Below, piece after piece: positions 28,243 to 36,705 of a stretch of 53,842 nt of DNA (its first letter is position 1; each line of letters opens with the position of its first letter). The position numbers and the translations under genes were made by a program. The stretch lies in NCBI GenBank assembly GCA_024644005.1, contig JAHELU010000001.1, positions 1 through 53,842 on the forward strand, in the 5' to 3' direction. This DNA is from Acidimicrobiales bacterium (GTDB lineage: Bacteria > Actinomycetota > Acidimicrobiia > Acidimicrobiales > SZUA-35). A model generated the notes under the pieces. That model was not told where the DNA came from and ran no database searches. It saw only the letters and a program-made list of their open reading frames with translations.

Positions 28243-29391
28243 GTGAACCGAGCCGTGAGCAGGACCGAGCAGCCGACGTCGACCGGGTTCGTCCCCCCGC
28301 CCTATCCCTACGACCGCCTCGACGAGCTGAAGGCCATCGCCGAGGCCCACGACGGTGGCATGGTGGACCTGTCGATCGGCACGCCGTTCGATCCTCCTCC
28401 CGATCTGGTGGTCAAGGCCATCGGTGCCTCCGGCGCGGAGCGAGGCTACCCGCCGAGCATCGGCCGACCGGACTTCCGGGAGGCGGCCGCTGACTGGCTC
28501 AATCGGCTGGTCGGCTCCGCGGTCGGGGCCGACGACGTCCGGGCCACCATCGGTTCCAAGGAGTTCGTCGCCGGGCTGCCCCACTGGTTGCGGCTGCGGA
28601 CACCCGAGCGCGACACCGTGCTCTATCCGGCCATCAGCTACCCGAGCTACGAGATGGGGGCCACGCTGGCCGGGTGCCGGGCGGTGCCGGTGCCGGTGGA
28701 CGACGAGTGGCGGATCGACCTGTCGGCCATCGACGATGCCGATGCCGAACGGGCCCTGTGCCTGTGGGTCAACACCCCCGGCAACCCCGCCGGCGGCCTC
28801 GACGACCTCGGTGCCGCCTACCGGTGGGGCCGGGAGCGGAGCGTTCCCGTGATCTCCGACGAGTGCTACGTCGCCTTCACCTGGTCCGGCCCGCCCCGCT
28901 CGATCGTGACCCATGGCCTCGACGGGGTGCTGGCGGTGCACTCGCTGTCGAAGCGGTCGAACCTGGCCGGGGTCCGGTCCGGCTTCTACGTCGGCGACCC
29001 GGAGCTGGTGCACTACCTGGGGGAGGTCCGCAAGCACGCCGGGTTCATGCAGCCCGGCCCGGTCCAGAGCGCAGCGGTCGCCGCCTTCGGTGACGAGAGC
29101 CACGTCGACGCCCAGCGGGCGATCTACCGGCAGCGACTGGAGCTGATGCTGCGCATCACCGCCGAGCTCGGTTCGGACGCCGAGATGCCGGGCGGCGGCT
29201 TCTACCTGTGGGCCCCGGCCCCCGACGGCGACGCCTGGGGCTTCGCCCGGCGGCTGGCCACAGAAGCCGGGGCACTGGTCAGCCCCGGCGAGTTCTACGG
29301 GGTCCAGGGAGCCGGCCACGTCCGGATCGCCCTCGTCCAGCCGGACGAGCGGCTCGCCCTGGTCGCCGACCGGCTCGGCCTGTCGCTGTGA
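28243..29391 (+). CDS. dapC: N-succinyldiaminopimelate aminotransferase
   Basis: PPYPYDRLDELK...DLSIGTPFDPPP is the actinobacterial DapC-type N-terminus. The PLP-lysine context is SLSKRSNLAG. Confidence 0.8.
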   Translation: MNRAVSRTEQPTSTGFVPPPYPYDRLDELKAIAEAHDGGMVDLSIGTPFDPPPDLVVKAIGASGAERGYPPSIGRPDFREAAADWLNRLVGSAVGADDVRATIGSKEFVAGLPHWLRLRTPERDTVLYPAISYPSYEMGATLAGCRAVPVPVDDEWRIDLSAIDDADAERALCLWVNTPGNPAGGLDDLGAAYRWGRERSVPVISDECYVAFTWSGPPRSIVTHGLDGVLAVHSLSKRSNLAGVRSGFYVGDPELVHYLGEVRKHAGFMQPGPVQSAAVAAFGDESHVDAQRAIYRQRLELMLRITAELGSDAEMPGGGFYLWAPAPDGDAWGFARRLATEAGALVSPGEFYGVQGAGHVRIALVQPDERLALVADRLGLSL

Positions 29392-29402
29392 GCCCCGACC
29401 GG

Positions 29403-29408
29403 TAGCCT
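29403..29408 (+). promoter_or_regulatory. -10 box TAGCCT, 7 nt upstream of ATG 29416 (leaderless-type)
   Basis: Sequence is gTAGCCTgttggccATG. Confidence 0.5.
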
Positions 29409-29415
29409 GTTGGCC

Positions 29416-30348
29416 ATGACCAGCGCCACCGGCTCCACCAGCGCCATCGGACACAGCAGCGCCGTCGGCCACAGCTACGTCGACGTCGCCACCGGCGTCC
29501 GGTTGGACGCCTGGTATCCGGTCGAGGGCGTCGAGCCGGCCAGGCACTGCCTGGCGGAGGAGGTCGGCCTCATCAGGGGCGAGGTGATCACCACCACCAT
29601 CGACGACCTCGCCGCTGCGCCGGCCGACGCCGCCGATGCCTACCTCCGGCTCCACCTGCTGTCCCGGCGGCAGGCGACCCCCCACAGCATCAGCATGGAC
29701 GGGATCTTCGGTCAGCTGACCAACGTGGCGTGGACGACCGCCGGCCCGGTCATGCCGGACCAGGTCGACCGGCTGCGATCGCTGGCCGCCAAGGCGGGGC
29801 ATCACCTGTCGGTCACCTCGGTCGACAAGTTCCCCAGGATGACCGACTACGTGATTCCCGGCGGGGTCCGGATCGCGGACGCCGACCGTGTCCGGTTGGG
29901 GGCCCACCTGGCCGATGGGACCACCGTCATGCACGAGGGGTTCGTCAACTTCAATGCCGGCACCCTCGGCCCGTCGATGGTCGAAGGTCGGATCAGTGCT
30001 GGCGTGGTGGTGGGAGCCAACAGCGACGTCGGGGGCAGCGCCTCGATCATGGGCACGCTCTCCGGCGGCGGCACCGAGACGATAACGGTCGGCGAGCACT
30101 GCCTGATCGGGGCCAACGCCGGCATCGGCATATCGTTGGGCGACGGCTGCACGGTCGAGGCCGGGCTCTACGTCACCGGCGGCACCGTGGTCACCCTGCC
30201 CGGCGGTGAGCGGGTCAAGGGCAGGCAGCTCTCCGGCTCGTCAGGGCTGCTGTTCATCCGCAACTCGATCACCGGCGCCGTCGAGGCCCGGGAGTCCGAT
30301 CCGTCCCGCTGGGGCGGCATCAACGAGGCGCTGCACTCGGGTCAGTAG
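29416..30348 (+). CDS. dapD: Tetrahydrodipicolinate N-succinyltransferase
   Basis: [10 protein letters not shown], hexapeptide-repeat C-terminal half, and the actinobacterial long form. The TTG at 29410 is in frame. Confidence 0.85.
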   Translation: MTSATGSTSAIGHSSAVGHSYVDVATGVRLDAWYPVEGVEPARHCLAEEVGLIRGEVITTTIDDLAAAPADAADAYLRLHLLSRRQATPHSISMDGIFGQLTNVAWTTAGPVMPDQVDRLRSLAAKAGHHLSVTSVDKFPRMTDYVIPGGVRIADADRVRLGAHLADGTTVMHEGFVNFNAGTLGPSMVEGRISAGVVVGANSDVGGSASIMGTLSGGGTETITVGEHCLIGANAGIGISLGDGCTVEAGLYVTGGTVVTLPGGERVKGRQLSGSSGLLFIRNSITGAVEARESDPSRWGGINEALHSGQ

Positions 30349-30383
30349 ACCGGTGGTGGGCCTCGGGTCGGTCGGGGAGCGGG

Positions 30384-30779
30384 TCAGAGCCGGCTGGCCT
30401 GGCGCTGGGCCAGGACCCGTTCCCGCGTTGGCACCCGGGAGCCGACGTACCACACGCCGATCAGGCCGAGGGCGACCACCCCGAGGCGGACCGCCAGGTT
30501 GTCGATCGCAAGACCCGCACTGAGACCGACCGCGACCACGATGCAGGCGATCGCCACCACCTTGGCCCGCTGGGGCATGCCGAGCCCGGACCGGTAGTCG
30601 GTGACCATCGGCCCGATCCCCGGCAGGTTCAGCACCCAGTTCTCCAGCCGCTTGCTCGACCGGGAGAAGAACCAGGCGGCCATGATGAAGAAGACGGTCG
30701 TCGGCAGTCCCGGTACGACCACGCCCACCCCGCCGATGGCCACGCAACCGAGGCCGAAGCAGAGGTAGACGAGACGCAT
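30384..30779 (-). CDS. DUF454 (YbaN-like) inner-membrane protein
   Basis: 131 aa. VVPGLPTTVFFIMAAWFFSRSSKRLENW. Start is internal to artefactual ORF 30384-32339. Confidence 0.75.
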   Translation of the reverse strand: MRLVYLCFGLGCVAIGGVGVVVPGLPTTVFFIMAAWFFSRSSKRLENWVLNLPGIGPMVTDYRSGLGMPQRAKVVAIACIVVAVGLSAGLAIDNLAVRLGVVALGLIGVWYVGSRVPTRERVLAQRQASRL

Positions 30780-31105
30780 CAGCCGACCAGCTGCCCGATG
30801 TCGAGGACCATGAGGATGGCCAGCAGGATCAGGACCGAGACGTGCAGCACCGTGGCGTGGATCTTCCACCGGTGATCGGCCCGCCAGAAGCGGCGGATGC
30901 TCACCAGGTTGGCCAGGATGGCGACCGCGCCGACCGTGAGGCCGATGACCGGCCCGACGCCGGGGGCCAGGCCGACGAAGGGGGCGATGAACGGCAGCAC
31001 GACATAGGTGAGGGTGCAGCGGATACCGGATATCAGGATCGACCGGCTGAAGCCTCGCTGGGCCTCGTCGGTGGGCTGCGCCGTTGCGGTTCCCGTCGCT
31101 GTCAT
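30779..31105 (-). CDS. Small (108-aa) three-TM membrane protein, unknown function
   Basis: Hydrophobic ORF whose stop overlaps the DUF454 start by 1 nt (TGATG). A -10 box lies 8 nt upstream of its ATG. Confidence 0.55.
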   Translation of the reverse strand: MTATGTATAQPTDEAQRGFSRSILISGIRCTLTYVVLPFIAPFVGLAPGVGPVIGLTVGAVAILANLVSIRRFWRADHRWKIHATVLHVSVLILLAILMVLDIGQLVG

Positions 31106-31113
31106 CGAAATCC

Positions 31114-31119
31114 AGCGTA
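31114..31119 (-). promoter_or_regulatory. -10 box TACGCT, 8 nt upstream of ATG 31105 (leaderless-type)
   Basis: The reverse strand reads gTACGCTggatttcgATG. Confidence 0.45.
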
Positions 31120-31124
31120 CCGGG

Positions 31125-31130
31125 TACGGT
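31125..31130 (+). promoter_or_regulatory. -10 box TACGGT, 6 nt upstream of ATG 31137 (leaderless-type)
   Basis: Sequence is gTACGGTtgggtgATG. It sits 5 bp from the opposing -10 box. Confidence 0.45.
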
Positions 31131-31136
31131 TGGGTG

Positions 31137-32201
31137 ATGGCTGATCTGCTGGCCCTCACCGCCCAACTCGTCGCCATGCCATCGGTCTCGTTCGAGGAGG
31201 CGTCGTTCGTCGACTGGCTGGAGCGGGAGCTGGCATCGCTCGACCACCTGGACCTCACCCGGGTCGGCGACAATCTGGTGGCCAGGACCGACTTCGGCCT
31301 CGACCAGCGACTGATCCTGGCCGGCCACACCGACACCGTCGCTCCGAACGGCAACGGCGAGGCCCGGCTGGAGGGCGACACGCTGTGGGGGGTCGGCTCG
31401 GCCGACATGAAGGGCGGCCTCGCCGTCTTCCTCGACATCGCCAGGACGGTGATCCGACCGGCGGTCGACCTCAGCTTCGTCTTCTATGCCAGGGAGGAGG
31501 TGGCCCAGGAGCACAACGGGCTCAACGAGCTGCGGGACCGGCGGCCCGACCTGCTGGCTGGCAACTGCGCCATACTCGGCGAACCCACGGGAGCCGCCAT
31601 CGAGGCCGGCTGCCAGGGGGCGCTGAGGATGCAGCTGACGCTGGCCGGGCACAGGGCCCACACCGCCCGGCCGTGGATGGGCCGCAACGCGGTGCACCGA
31701 CTGGCCCCGATCCTCACCCGGCTGGCCGCATACGAGGCCAGGACCCCCACGATCGACGGCTGCACCTACCGGGAGGCCATCCAGGCCGTCTCGGTCCAGG
31801 CCGGCGTCGCCGGGAACGTGGTCCCGGACGCCGCCGTGCTCCGGGTCCACCACCGCTACGCCCCCGACAGGACACCGGAGCAGGCCGAGGCCTTCGTCAG
31901 GGAGCTGATGGCCCCCGATCTCGAGGACACCGACGAGCTGGTCGTCGAGGACCAGTCGCCGCCCTGCGCCCCGTCGCTCCACCACCCGCTGCTGGCCGGG
32001 CTCGTCCAGGCCAACGGGCTCGAGGTCAGGGCCAAGCTCGGCTGGACCGACGTCGCCCGATTCCACCAGCTCGGCATCCCGGCCACCAACTTCGGTCCCG
32101 GCGATCCGACGGTGGCCCACACCGCCCAGGAGCACCTCGACCGGACCTCGCTCGAGACCGTGCACGCCGCCCTGGTCGATCTCGTCACCACCTGGCGATG
32201 A
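31137..32201 (+). CDS. dapE: Succinyl-diaminopimelate desuccinylase
   Basis: Motifs LILAGHTDTV and GSADMKGGLAV (M20 peptidase). Start is internal to track ORF 31008. Confidence 0.85.
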   Translation: MADLLALTAQLVAMPSVSFEEASFVDWLERELASLDHLDLTRVGDNLVARTDFGLDQRLILAGHTDTVAPNGNGEARLEGDTLWGVGSADMKGGLAVFLDIARTVIRPAVDLSFVFYAREEVAQEHNGLNELRDRRPDLLAGNCAILGEPTGAAIEAGCQGALRMQLTLAGHRAHTARPWMGRNAVHRLAPILTRLAAYEARTPTIDGCTYREAIQAVSVQAGVAGNVVPDAAVLRVHHRYAPDRTPEQAEAFVRELMAPDLEDTDELVVEDQSPPCAPSLHHPLLAGLVQANGLEVRAKLGWTDVARFHQLGIPATNFGPGDPTVAHTAQEHLDRTSLETVHAALVDLVTTWR

Positions 32202-33496
32202 CGCCGGCCGACGCCCTCGACGTCCGAGGCCAGCTGCCCCGCCCCCGGACCCGGGACGGGCGGGCGATGTCGATGGCCGAGGCCCTCGCTCGCATACCGG
32301 ACGGCGCCCGGGTCTACGTGCCCCCGCTGATGGGCCCACCGACGGCGTTGCTGGCCGCCATGGCGGCGGAACCGGACCGCTGGACGGCCATCGAGACCAC
32401 CTCCGACTACCTCGCCGAGCCGCTACCGGTGTTCGCCCATCCGAAGGCCCCCTTCCGCCACCTCTCCGTCCAACCGTCCCGAGCGCTGGGGGCGATGGCC
32501 GAGGCTGGCGCGCTGCGGATCGTGTCCGGCACCACGTCGCAGTTCGCCGGCTTGTACGGTCCCGACGGGCCGCTGGCCGTCGACGTCGTGCTGGTCCAGG
32601 TCAGCGAGCCAGGACCGGACGGCCGATTCAGCCTCGGCACCAACGGCGGGCCGACCGCGGAACTGGTCCGCTCGGCCCCGTTCGTGCTGGCCGAGATCAA
32701 CCAGACGATGCCCTACCTCCGGGGCGCGGTCGAGTGCGACCGCAGGGACTTCGACGGCCTCGTCGAGGTCGATTCCCACCCGCTGGTCGAGCTTCCGGTC
32801 GCCCCCCGATCGAGCGTGACGGACCGCATCGGCCACCACGTGGCGTCACTGATCCCCGACGGTGCGGTCATCGAGTACGGCATCGGAGCGATTCCCGACG
32901 CCTCGCTGGCGGCCCTGGCCGAGCACCGGGACCTCGGGCTGCACAGCGGCATGCTGGGCGATGCGGTGATCGATCTCGTGGAGTCCGGAGCGATGAACGG
33001 CGCCGCCAAGTCGGTCGATGCCGGTCTGCTGGTGACCAGCGCCATCGTGGGCACCCAGCGGGTGGCCGAGTGGGCGGCCCAGCGGGACGACCTGGTGCTC
33101 GTGGGATCGAGCTACAGCCACGGCGTACCGACGCTGGCGAGGCAGGACCGGTTCACCGCCATCAACTCCGCGGTCGAAGTCTCGCTCGACGGGTCGATCA
33201 ACGCCGAGGTGGCCGACGGCCGGGTGGTGTCCGGCCCCGGCGGTCAGCCCGACTTCGCGGCCGGCGCCTGGCTGGCCACGGCCGGGCTGAGCATTGTGGC
33301 GCTGCCGGCGACGGCCAGACGGGGCACCCGATCTCGGATCGTGGAAGCCATCGACCCCGGTCATCGCGTCACCGTCCCGCCCTACCTCGCCGACTGCGTG
33401 GTCACCGAGTTCGGGGTGGCGGTCCTGCGGGGCGCTGATCGGGAGCAGCGGGCCGCCGCCCTGCGGGCCATCGCGAGCCCGGACCTGCCGATCTGA
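32198..33496 (+). CDS. Acetyl-CoA hydrolase/transferase-family CoA-transferase
   Basis: SGPGGQPDF motif. The ATG at 32198 overlaps the dapE stop (ATGA). A later Met (MSMAEAL) is possible. Confidence 0.8.
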   Translation: MTPADALDVRGQLPRPRTRDGRAMSMAEALARIPDGARVYVPPLMGPPTALLAAMAAEPDRWTAIETTSDYLAEPLPVFAHPKAPFRHLSVQPSRALGAMAEAGALRIVSGTTSQFAGLYGPDGPLAVDVVLVQVSEPGPDGRFSLGTNGGPTAELVRSAPFVLAEINQTMPYLRGAVECDRRDFDGLVEVDSHPLVELPVAPRSSVTDRIGHHVASLIPDGAVIEYGIGAIPDASLAALAEHRDLGLHSGMLGDAVIDLVESGAMNGAAKSVDAGLLVTSAIVGTQRVAEWAAQRDDLVLVGSSYSHGVPTLARQDRFTAINSAVEVSLDGSINAEVADGRVVSGPGGQPDFAAGAWLATAGLSIVALPATARRGTRSRIVEAIDPGHRVTVPPYLADCVVTEFGVAVLRGADREQRAAALRAIASPDLPI

Positions 33497-33659
33497 CCGG
33501 CGGGTCGGCCGACGGGCGGCGAGGCCGACCCAAATGGCTGCGCCGCATCGGCCGGCACTACAATCGACTCACCGCTCTGCACCTCTCGATCGTCTTCTCT
33601 CCGCAGCCCGGCTCCCGGAAGCCACCGGGTACCGAGCCGTCGGGGAACAGGAGCTCTCA

Positions 33660-34475
33660 ATGCGAAAGAACATCCCCCCGTCCGCCCTGGCTCGAGACAG
33701 TCGCTTCAATCGGGTGGACACCGAGCAGCGGCTGAGCGACATGCGGGACACCATGGTGGTCGGCCACGTCGACCCGGCGGCGGAGGACGTGGCAGACCGG
33801 GCCCGGCGCCGGATGCACGGCATCTTCGTCGGCGAGATCCAGGCGCTGGAGGGGGCGGGCCGAACCGCCTTCGACTTCGCCACCGACGAGGTGCCCTACG
33901 AGCTGAAGCTCGACATGGCCCGCCAGTGCTGGGACGAGGCCCGCCACTGCGAGATCTCGGTGAAGCTGGCCGAGCACATGGGCGGTGAGCTGGGGGAGTA
34001 CGCGGAGTTCACCACGCTGTTCGAGGCGGCGTGCCACTCCGATGCCGTGTTCCGGTTGGCGGGGGTCAACCGCGCGCTCGAAGGACTGGCCATCGACGTC
34101 TTCACCCAGATGCGGGAGTTCGGTCAGGCGATGAGCGACCCGGTGCTCGAGTACTGCGAGGACTACATGCTGGCCGACGAGGTCACCCACGTGAAGATGG
34201 GCTCTCGCTGGCTGCGGGAGGTGACCGAGAACGACGCCGAGCGGCGCAAGGAAGCCCTCGAGTTCCAGCGCATCGTCGACGGCCTGTTCAACTTCCGGGG
34301 CCAGCGCGGCGAGGACGACGACTCGCCCATCCGGCTGGCCCGTCAGTTCCGCAAGATGGCCGGATTCACCGACGGCGAGGTCGACGACATCGCCGAGATG
34401 GCGGCGAAGTCGAGGGCCGAGCTCGAGGCCGAGCGCCTCGCCGGCGACAGCTCGTCCGAGCTGGCGGGAGCCTGA
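33660..34475 (+). CDS. Ferritin-like (DUF455-like) di-metal carboxylate protein
   Basis: Paired E..H motifs WDEARHCE and ADEVTHVKMG. GGAACAGGAG lies upstream of the ATG. Confidence 0.6.
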   Translation: MRKNIPPSALARDSRFNRVDTEQRLSDMRDTMVVGHVDPAAEDVADRARRRMHGIFVGEIQALEGAGRTAFDFATDEVPYELKLDMARQCWDEARHCEISVKLAEHMGGELGEYAEFTTLFEAACHSDAVFRLAGVNRALEGLAIDVFTQMREFGQAMSDPVLEYCEDYMLADEVTHVKMGSRWLREVTENDAERRKEALEFQRIVDGLFNFRGQRGEDDDSPIRLARQFRKMAGFTDGEVDDIAEMAAKSRAELEAERLAGDSSSELAGA

Positions 34476-34508
34476 CGCGTCACCAGCGCAAACAGGGTCG
34501 GCTCGTCG

Positions 34509-35144
34509 CTACAGCCGGCGCATGACGGTGACCACCCGCCCGAAGAGCTGCACCTCGTCCGGATCGAGCTCCATCGGCTCCAGCGACGGGTTCGCCGGGA
34601 GCAGGACGATCTTGCCCTTCTTCTTGGTGTAGGTCTTGACGGTGGCTTCGTCACCGGGAATACCGGCCACCACGATGTCGCCGTTGTCGGCGGTCTGCTG
34701 CACGCGGGCGACGACGAAGTCGCCGTCGAGGATCCCGGCCTCGATCATCGAGTCCCCTCGGACGGTGAGCATGAACAGATCGCCCTCGCCGGTGAGATCC
34801 GTCGCGACCGGCAGCATCTCCTCGATGTGCTCCTGAGCGAGCACATCGGTGCCGGCTGCGACCTGGCCGACGAGCGGCACGTGGCGAACCGGCCGCCGCT
34901 CGACGTCGACGGCGCCACTGACCGGGTCCCACATGACCTTGAGCGCCCGCGGCTTCGACGGGTCCCGCATGAGGTAGCCGTGGCGTTGCAGCGTCGCCAG
35001 GTGGGAGTGGACCGAGGACGGGGAGGTCAGCCCCACCTCGGCGCCGATCTCCCGGACCGAGGGCGGATAGCCCCGGCCCCGCATCTGCTGCTCGATGAAC
35101 TCGAGGATGGCATGTTGGCGTTTCGTGAGCTGGTGCTCGCCCAT
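34509..35144 (-). CDS. lexA: SOS repressor LexA
   Basis: 211 aa. HTH SVREIGAEVGLTSPSSVHSHL, cleavage region VAAG, and the protease Ser/Lys contexts RGDSM and TVKT. GGGGAGAAG is the RBS. Confidence 0.95.
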   Translation of the reverse strand: MGEHQLTKRQHAILEFIEQQMRGRGYPPSVREIGAEVGLTSPSSVHSHLATLQRHGYLMRDPSKPRALKVMWDPVSGAVDVERRPVRHVPLVGQVAAGTDVLAQEHIEEMLPVATDLTGEGDLFMLTVRGDSMIEAGILDGDFVVARVQQTADNGDIVVAGIPGDEATVKTYTKKKGKIVLLPANPSLEPMELDPDEVQLFGRVVTVMRRL

Positions 35145-35277
35145 CTCGTTCTTCTCCCCTCGTCGAGAGCTGCCTGCCGAGCAGCTCGCGGCTACGCACG
35201 CTGCGTTGCCGCTGTCGATTCTCTGTTGTGGACGGCACCCGCTCCACGGTCCGTTCGGGGAACCTGGACCGGGGCCG

Positions 35278-35293
35278 TCGAACGTGTGTTTGT
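35278..35293. promoter_or_regulatory. Near-consensus SOS box TCGAAC-GTGT-GTTTGT
   Basis: One mismatch to GAAC-N4-GTTC. Confidence 0.5.
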
Positions 35294-35323
35294 CTCCGGC
35301 TGGGGCCACTATGCCACATCGGG

Positions 35324-35338
35324 CGTACGAATGTTCGA
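35324..35338. promoter_or_regulatory. Near-consensus SOS box CGTAC-GAAT-GTTCGA
   Basis: One mismatch to GAAC-N4-GTTC. Confidence 0.45.
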
Positions 35339-35370
35339 CATTCGCTCCGATTGTCATGTCCCGGCCCCCG

Positions 35371-35386
35371 TTGAACACCTGTTCGA
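35371..35386. promoter_or_regulatory. SOS box TTGAAC-ACCT-GTTCGA
   Basis: Perfect GAAC-N4-GTTC core. Confidence 0.75.
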
Positions 35387-35394
35387 TCCTGGTG

Positions 35395-35423
35395 TTGCCT
35401 CGAACCACTGTTCGGTCTACAGT
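35395..35423 (+). promoter_or_regulatory. Candidate LexA-occluded promoter of the LysM gene: -35 TTGCCT, 17-nt spacer, -10 TACAGT
   Basis: It has the same architecture as the recA promoter, with an SOS box in the spacer. Confidence 0.5.
35400..35415. promoter_or_regulatory. SOS box TCGAAC-CACT-GTTCGG
   Basis: Perfect core, located inside the spacer of the candidate ChiZ-like promoter. Confidence 0.75.
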
Positions 35424-35438
35424 CGAACGGTGGTTCGA
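35423..35438. promoter_or_regulatory. SOS box TCGAAC-GGTG-GTTCGA
   Basis: Perfect 6+6 palindromic arms, immediately downstream of the candidate -10. Confidence 0.8.
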
Positions 35439-35533
35439 CTCGTGACCGTCCGTGGTTCCTGGCCCCGGTGGCGTCACGCTCGTCCGCTGCCCCGCCAGCT
35501 TCACTGTCACACCCGCTGAGGAGACTGTGCATC

Positions 35534-36076
35534 ATGGTTGCCCTCCTTCATCCCCGGCCCTCGACCCGGACTCGTCACGGCCGCGGAGCGGCCCCGGTTC
35601 ACGGCCGCGGAGCGGCCCCGGTTCACGGCCGCGGAGCGGCCCCGGTTCACGGCCGCGGAGCGGCCCCGGTTCACGGCGGCGGAGCGGCCCCGGCGCTGCG
35701 GCTTGTGGTCGACAACACCGCAGCGCCGGCCGAGGGTCCCGTCCGGTGGGGCTCCCTCGACCGTTCGGCGCTGGCGGGGCTGGTTGCGGTCGCTGCGCTG
35801 GTGCTGGGCGGCTTACTGACCGTCCGGTTGCTGCAGGGCTCGCCAACCGCCGCGGGGCTCGGCGCCGATCGAGCCGCTGCCACGGCGCCGGTCGTCGCGG
35901 GGCCGGGGGAGCGGATCGTCGTGGCCAGGGCCGGCGATTCGCTGTGGTCGATCGCCCGCACCATCTCCCCCGATGACGATCCCCGGCCGATCGTCGCAGC
36001 CCTCATCGAGGCCAACGGTGGAGACTCGGTGCAGATCGGTCAGCAAATCGTTGTGCCCCGGCAGCTTCTAGATTGA
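35534..36076 (+). CDS. LysM-domain membrane protein, ChiZ (Rv2719c)-like SOS-induced cell-wall/division protein
   Basis: Arg/Gly-rich repeat N-terminus, one TM (LAGLVAVAALVLGGLLTV) and a C-terminal LysM (AGDSLWSIARTI...IGQQIVVP). It is divergent from lexA and upstream of nrdR, as in mycobacteria. The ATG at 35534 follows GAGGAG, and the GTG at 35468 is also in frame. Confidence 0.7.
   Translation: MVALLHPRPSTRTRHGRGAAPVHGRGAAPVHGRGAAPVHGRGAAPVHGGGAAPALRLVVDNTAAPAEGPVRWGSLDRSALAGLVAVAALVLGGLLTVRLLQGSPTAAGLGADRAAATAPVVAGPGERIVVARAGDSLWSIARTISPDDDPRPIVAALIEANGGDSVQIGQQIVVPRQLLD
35576..35695 (+). repeat. 24-bp in-frame tandem repeat, 4 perfect units plus 1 degenerate (CACGGCCGCGGAGCGGCCCCGGTT)
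   Basis: Units start at 35576, 35600, 35624, 35648 and 35672. They encode (HGRGAAPV)n in the ChiZ-like N-terminus. Confidence 0.9.
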
Positions 36077-36086
36077 TGTTGGCCGC

Positions 36087-36092
36087 TAGTTT
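36087..36092 (+). promoter_or_regulatory. -10 box TAGTTT, 7 nt upstream of GTG 36100 (leaderless-type internal promoter for nrdR)
   Basis: Sequence is cTAGTTTgagcggtGTG. Confidence 0.4.
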
Positions 36093-36099
36093 GAGCGGT

Positions 36100-36573
36100 G
36101 TGCGGTGTCCGATCTGTCAACTCGCCGAGACGAGGGTCATCGATTCCCGTTCCGCCGATGATGGTGCAGCCATCCGGCGACGCCGGGAGTGCAGCTCCTG
36201 CCAGCGCCGGTTCAACACGTTCGAGCGGATCGAGGAAGCGCCGATCGTGGTCGTCAAGCGCTCGGGCGAGCGCGAGCCGTTCGACCGTGAGAAGATCGGC
36301 CGTGGCCTGCTGGCCGCTTCCAAGGGGCGGCCGGTTGACGGCAACGATGTCGAGCGACTGGTCTGCGGCGTCGAAGAGGAGGCTCGGCTGCTCGGCGGCG
36401 AGGTGACCTCGGAATGGGTCGGGTTGGCGGTGCTCGAGCGGCTGCGGTCGCTTGACGAGGTGTCCTATCTCCGGTTCGCCAGCGTGTACAAGTCCTTCAC
36501 CGACGTCGACGACTTCGAGCGCGAGGCCAGGCTGATCAAGCTCGACGGAGGCGAGGCAACGACCCGTCCGTGA
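36100..36573 (+). CDS. nrdR: Transcriptional repressor NrdR
   Basis: Zinc ribbon (V)RCPICQ...CSSCQRRF followed by an ATP-cone. Confidence 0.93.
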   Translation: MRCPICQLAETRVIDSRSADDGAAIRRRRECSSCQRRFNTFERIEEAPIVVVKRSGEREPFDREKIGRGLLAASKGRPVDGNDVERLVCGVEEEARLLGGEVTSEWVGLAVLERLRSLDEVSYLRFASVYKSFTDVDDFEREARLIKLDGGEATTRP

Positions 36574-36584
36574 CCGCCGGTCCC

Positions 36585-36705
36585 GAGCTCTCGATCCGAG
36601 CCTCCTAGCCGAGCCCGCTGACTGAGCCTGCGATCCGGAGCTCTCGATCCGAGCCGGCTAGCCGAGCCTGCTAGCCGAGCCTGCGATCCGGAGCTCTCGA
36701 TCCGC
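36585..36705. repeat. Direct repeats in the nrdR / reductase convergent gap (53-bp period)
   Basis: GAGCCTGCGATCCGGAGCTCTCGATCC occurs at 36624-36650 and 36677-36703. GAGCTCTCGATCCGAGCC occurs at 36585 and 36639. CTAGCCGAGCC occurs three times. Confidence 0.8.
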
